DNA of 64,000 nucleotides from Eledone cirrhosa (Eukaryota): contig OZ024760.1 in NCBI GenBank assembly GCA_964016885.1, positions 32,922,001 to 32,986,000 of the forward strand. Reading direction: 5' to 3'. Below are positions 59,401-64,000 of this stretch, in pieces; the first letter of the stretch is position 1; each line of letters begins with the position of its first letter. The notes below the pieces were generated by a model that was given only the letters and a program-made list of their open reading frames with translations, was not told the origin of the DNA and did no database searches. The position numbers and the translations under genes were made by a program.

Positions 59401-61700
59401 GACTGTTCATCTGACAAACAGACTGGTCATCTGACAAACAGACTGGTCATCTGACCAACGGACTGGTCATCTCACCAACAGACTGATCATCAGACCAACA
59501 AACTGTTCATCTCACCAACAGACTGGTCATCTGACAAACAGACTAGTCATCTGACCAACAGACTGGTCATCTCACCAACAGACTGGTCATCTCACCAATA
59601 GACTGATCATCAGACCAACAAACTGTTCATCTCACCAACAGACTAGTCATCTGACGAACAGACTGGTCATCTCACCAACAGACTGGTCATCTCACCAACA
59701 GACTGGTCATCTGATTAACAGACTGGTCATCTGACTAACAGACTGGTCTTCTGACCAACAGACTGGTCATCTGACCAACAGACTGGTCATCTGACCAACA
59801 GACTGGTCATCTCACCAACAGACTGGAAATCTGACCCACAGACTGGTCATCTCACCAACAGACTGGACATCTGACTCACAGACTGGTCATCTCACCAACA
59901 GATTGGTTATCTGACCAACAGACTGGTCATCTGAGCAACAGAGTGGTCTTCTGACCAACAGACTGGTCTTCTGACTGACAGACTGGTCATCCGACCAACA
60001 GACTGGTCATCTCACCAACAGATTGGTCACCTGACCAACAGACTGGTCATCTGACCAACAGACTGGTCATCTGACCAACAGACTGGACATCTGACCCACA
60101 GACCGGTCATCTGACCAACAGACTGGTCATCTCACCAACAGACTGGTCATCTGACCAACAGACTTGTCATCTGACCAACAGATTGGTCATCTAACTAACA
60201 GACTGGTTATCGGACCAACAGACTGCTCATCTCACCCACAGACTGGTCATCTCACCAACAGACTGGTCATCTGACCCACAGACTGGTCATCTGACCAACA
60301 GACTGGTCATCTGACCAACAGACTGGTCATCTGACCAACAGACTGGTCATCTCACCAACAGCCTGGTCATCTGACTAACAGACTGGTCTTCTGACCAACA
60401 AACTGGTCATCTGACCAACAGACTGGTCATCTGACCAACAGACTGGTCATCTCACCAACAGACTGGTCATCTCATCAACAGATTCGTCATCTGACCAACA
60501 GACTGGTCATCTGACCAACAGACTGGTCATCTGACCAACAGACTGGTCATCTGACAAACAGACTGGTCATCTGACCAATAGACTGGTCATCTGACAAATA
60601 GACTGGTCATCTGACCAACAGATTGGTCTTCTGACCAACAGACTGGTCATCTCACCAACAGACTGGTCATCTCACCAACAGATTCGTCATCTGACCAACA
60701 GACTGGTCATCTGACCAACAGTCTGGTCATCTGACCAACAGACTGGTCTTCTGACCAACAGATTGGTCATCTGACCAAAAGACTGGTCATCTGATAAACA
60801 GACTGGTCATCTAACCAACAGACTGGTCATCTGACCCACACACTGGTCATCTGACAAACAGACTGGTCATCTGACCAACAGACTGGTCATCTGACCAACA
60901 GACCGGTCATCTGACCCACAGATTGGTCATCTGACGAACTGACTGGTCATCTGACGAACAGACTGGTCATCTCACCAACAGACTGGTCATCTGACCAACA
61001 GACTGGTTTTCTGACCAACAGACTGGACACCTGACCAACAGACTGGTCATCTGACCAACAGACTGGTCATCTCACCAACAGACTTGTCATCTCACCAACA
61101 GACTGGTCATCTGACCAACAGACTGGTCATCTGACCAACAGACTGGTCATCTGACAAACAGACTGGTCATCTGACCAACAGACTGGTAATCTGACGAACA
61201 GACTGGTCATCTCACCAACAGACTGGTCATCTGACCAACAGACTGTTCTTCTCACCATCAGACTGGTCATCTGACCAACAGACTGGTCATCTGACCCACA
61301 GATTGGTCATCTGACCAACAGACTGGTCATCTAACAAACAGACTGGTCATCTGACCAACAGACTGGTCATCTGACCAAAAAAATGGTCATCTGACGAACA
61401 GACTGGTCATCTCACCAACAGACTGGTCATCTGACCAACTGACTGTTCTTCTCACCAACAGACTGGTCATCGGACCCACAGACTGGTCATCTGACCCACA
61501 CACTGGTCATCTGACAACAGGCTGGTCATCTGACCAACAGACTGGTCATCTGACCAACAGACTGGTCATCTGACCCACAGACTGGTCATCTTACGAACTG
61601 ACTGGTCATCTGACGAACAGACTGGTCATCTCACCCACAGCTGGTCATCTCACCAACAGACTGGTCATCTCACCAACAGACTGGTCATCTCACCAACAGA
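56500..61700. repeat. ~2.4-2.5-kb tandem segmental repeat (two full copies, partial copies on both flanks)
   Basis: tcggtcccac 56512/59051. cttacgaactgac followed by the 1-bp-deleted cccacagctgg occurs at ~56681, ~59220 and ~61638. tggttatcgg...tgctcatctc occurs at ~55428, ~57665, ~60204 and ~63572. Confidence 0.85.
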
Positions 61701-64000
61701 CTGGTCATCTCACCAACAGACTGGTCATCTGACCAACAGACTGGTCTTCTGACCAACAGACTGGTCATCTCACCAACAGACTGGTCATCTGACCAACAGA
61801 CTGGTCATCTCACCAACAGACTGTTCATCTGACAAACAGACTGGTCATCTGACAAACAGACTGGTCATCTGACCAACAGACTGGTCATCTCACCAACAGA
61901 CTGATCATCAGACCAACAAACTGTTCATCTGACCAACAGACTGGTCATCTGACAAACAGACTAGTTATCTGACCAACAGACTGGTCATCTCACCAACAGA
62001 CTGGTCATCTCACCAACAGACTGATCATCAGACCAACAAACTGTTCATCTCACCAACAGACTGGTCATCTGACGAACAGACTGGTCATCTCACCAACAGA
62101 CTGGTCATCTCACCAACAGACTGGTCATCTGATTAACAGACTGATCATATGACCAACAGACTGGTCATCTGACCCACAGACTGGTCATCTGACCAAAAGA
62201 CTGGTCATCTGACGAACAGACTGGTCATCTCACCAACAGACTGGTCATCTCACCAACAGCCTGGTCATCTGACTCACAGACTGGCCTTCGGACCAACAGA
62301 CTGGTTATTTGACCAACAGACTGTTCATTTCACCAACAGACTGGTCATCGGACCCACAGACTGGTCATCTCACCAACAGACTGGTCTTCTCACCAACAGA
62401 CTAGTCATCTGACCAACAGACTGGTCATCTGACCAACAGACTGGTCATCTGACCAACAGACTGGTCATCTGACCAACAGACTGGACATCTGACCAACATA
62501 CTGGTCATTTGACAAACAGACTGGTCATCTGACCAACAGAATGGTCATCTGACTAACAGACTGGAACAGACTGGTCATCTCACCCACTGACTGGTCATCT
62601 CACCAACAGACTGGTCATCTCACCAACAGACTGGTCATCTGACCAACAGCCTGGTCTTCTCACCAACGGACTGGTCATCTGACCAACAGACTGGTCATCT
62701 GACAAACAGTCTGTTCATCTGACCAACAGACTGGTCATCTGACCAACAGACTGGTAATCTGACCAACAGACTGGTCATCTCACCAACAGACTGATCATCA
62801 TACCGACAAACTGTTCATCTCACCAACAGACTGGTCATCTGACCAACAGACTGGTCATCTGACCCACAGACTGGTCATCTGACCAACAGACTGGTCATCT
62901 GACCAACAGACTGGTCATCTGACCAACAGACTGGTCATCTCACCAACAGCCTGGTCATCTGACTAACAGACTGGTCTTCTGACCAACAAACTGGTCATCT
63001 GACCAACAGACTGGTCATCTGACCAACAGACTGGTCATCTGACAAACAGACTGGTCATCTGACCAACAGACTGGTCTTCTGACCAACAGACTGGTCATCT
63101 GACCAAAAGACTGGTCTTCTGACCAACAGACTGGTCATCTAACCAACAGACTGGTCATCTGACCCACACACTGGTCATCTGACAAACAGACTGGTCATCT
63201 GACCAACAGACTGGTCATCTGACCAAAAAAATGGTCATCTGACTCACAGACTGGTCATCTCACCAACAGATTGGTTATCTGACCAACAGACTGGTCATCT
63301 GACCAACAGACTGGTCTTCTGACCAACAGACTGGTCTTCTGACTAACAGACTGGTCATCCGACCAACAGACTGGTCATCTCACCAACAGATTGGTCATCT
63401 GACCAACAGACTGGTCATCTGACCAATAGACTGGTCATCTGACCAACAGACTGGACATCTGACCCACAGACCGGTCATCTGACCAACAGACTGGTCATCT
63501 CACCAACAGACTGGTCATCTGACCAACAGACTTGTCATCTGACCAACAGATTGGTCATCTAACCAACAGACTGGTTATCGGACCAACAGACTGCTCATCT
63601 CACCCACAGACTGGTCATCTCACCAACAGCCTGGTCATCTGACTAACAGACTGGTCTTCTGACCAACAAACTGGTCATCTGACCAACAGACTGGTCATCT
63701 CACCAACAGACTGGTCATCTCACCAACAGATTCGTCATCTGACCAACAGACTGGTCATCTGACCAACAGACTGGTCATCTGACCAACAGACTGGTCATCT
63801 GACAAACAGACTGGTCATCTGACCAATAGACTGGTCATCTGACAAATAGACTGGTCATCTGACCAACAGATTGGTCTTCTGACCAACAGACTGGTCATCT
63901 CACCAACTGACTGGTCATCTCAGCAACAGATTCGTCATCTGACCAACAGACTGGTAATCTGACCAACAGTCTGGTCATCTGACCAACAGACTGGTCATCT

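Larger units (their letters stand above)
1..64000. repeat. Tandem satellite array, 20-bp monomer ACCAACAGACTGGTCATCT(G/C), ~3,200 copies, extending past both window edges
   Basis: Every line is made of this monomer, usually with 0-2 substitutions. The consensus is 50% GC and has no CpG. No inversion or foreign insertion was seen. Copy number is (64000 + ~39 deleted bases)/20. Confidence 0.99.

Noticed and set aside
1-64000. CRISPR array (palindromic repeat)
   Set aside because: There are no unique spacers, the period is only 20 bp, and there is no leader or cas gene.
1-64000. One giant repetitive protein by TGA readthrough or an alternative genetic code
   Set aside because: The monomer length is not a multiple of 3 and whole-monomer gains and losses shift the frame freely. 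Variants introduce TAA/TAG, there are multiple 1-2 bp deletions, and no codon-position bias is visible.
1-64000. Telomerase-made telomeric repeat (some yeasts have 20-25-bp units)
   Set aside because: The array is far longer than such telomeres and has no G-rich strand motif. Its variants are inherited in kilobase blocks, which indicates recombinational amplification instead of templated addition.
1-64000. Rolling-circle, concatemer or synthetic artefact
   Set aside because: Hierarchically shared rare variants and indels with private differences between copies indicate an evolutionary history. The exact copy number could still be misassembled.

Overview
The whole 64 kb window is one uninterrupted head-to-tail tandem satellite array with a 20-bp monomer, consensus ACCAACAGACTGGTCATCT(G/C), about 3,200 copies, all in one orientation. 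I see no genes, RNA genes, transposons, CRISPR spacers or unique sequence. The nine ORFs in the track are by-products of translating the repeat. The informative structure lies inside the array. (1) The monomer has two dyad axes built from TGGTCA/TGACCA, and a common G/C dimorphism at position 20 switches them on or off. (2) Rare diagnostic variants show nested segmental duplications of about 0.2, 0.8, 2.0, 2.5, 2.7, 3.7-3.9, 4.4 and 9.1-9.3 kb, not one regular higher-order repeat. (3) The first ~29.9 kb holds the 20-bp register with no frame-shifting indel, whereas the remainder has 18 register shifts that all read as deletions. (4) Left and right parts carry different variant sets, with a transition around 44-47 kb. 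The pattern fits eukaryotic heterochromatic (possibly centromeric, pericentromeric or subtelomeric) satellite DNA. I cannot identify the organism or the satellite family, and the sequence alone does not demonstrate a new functional system. All counts and boundaries were read by eye and are approximate.
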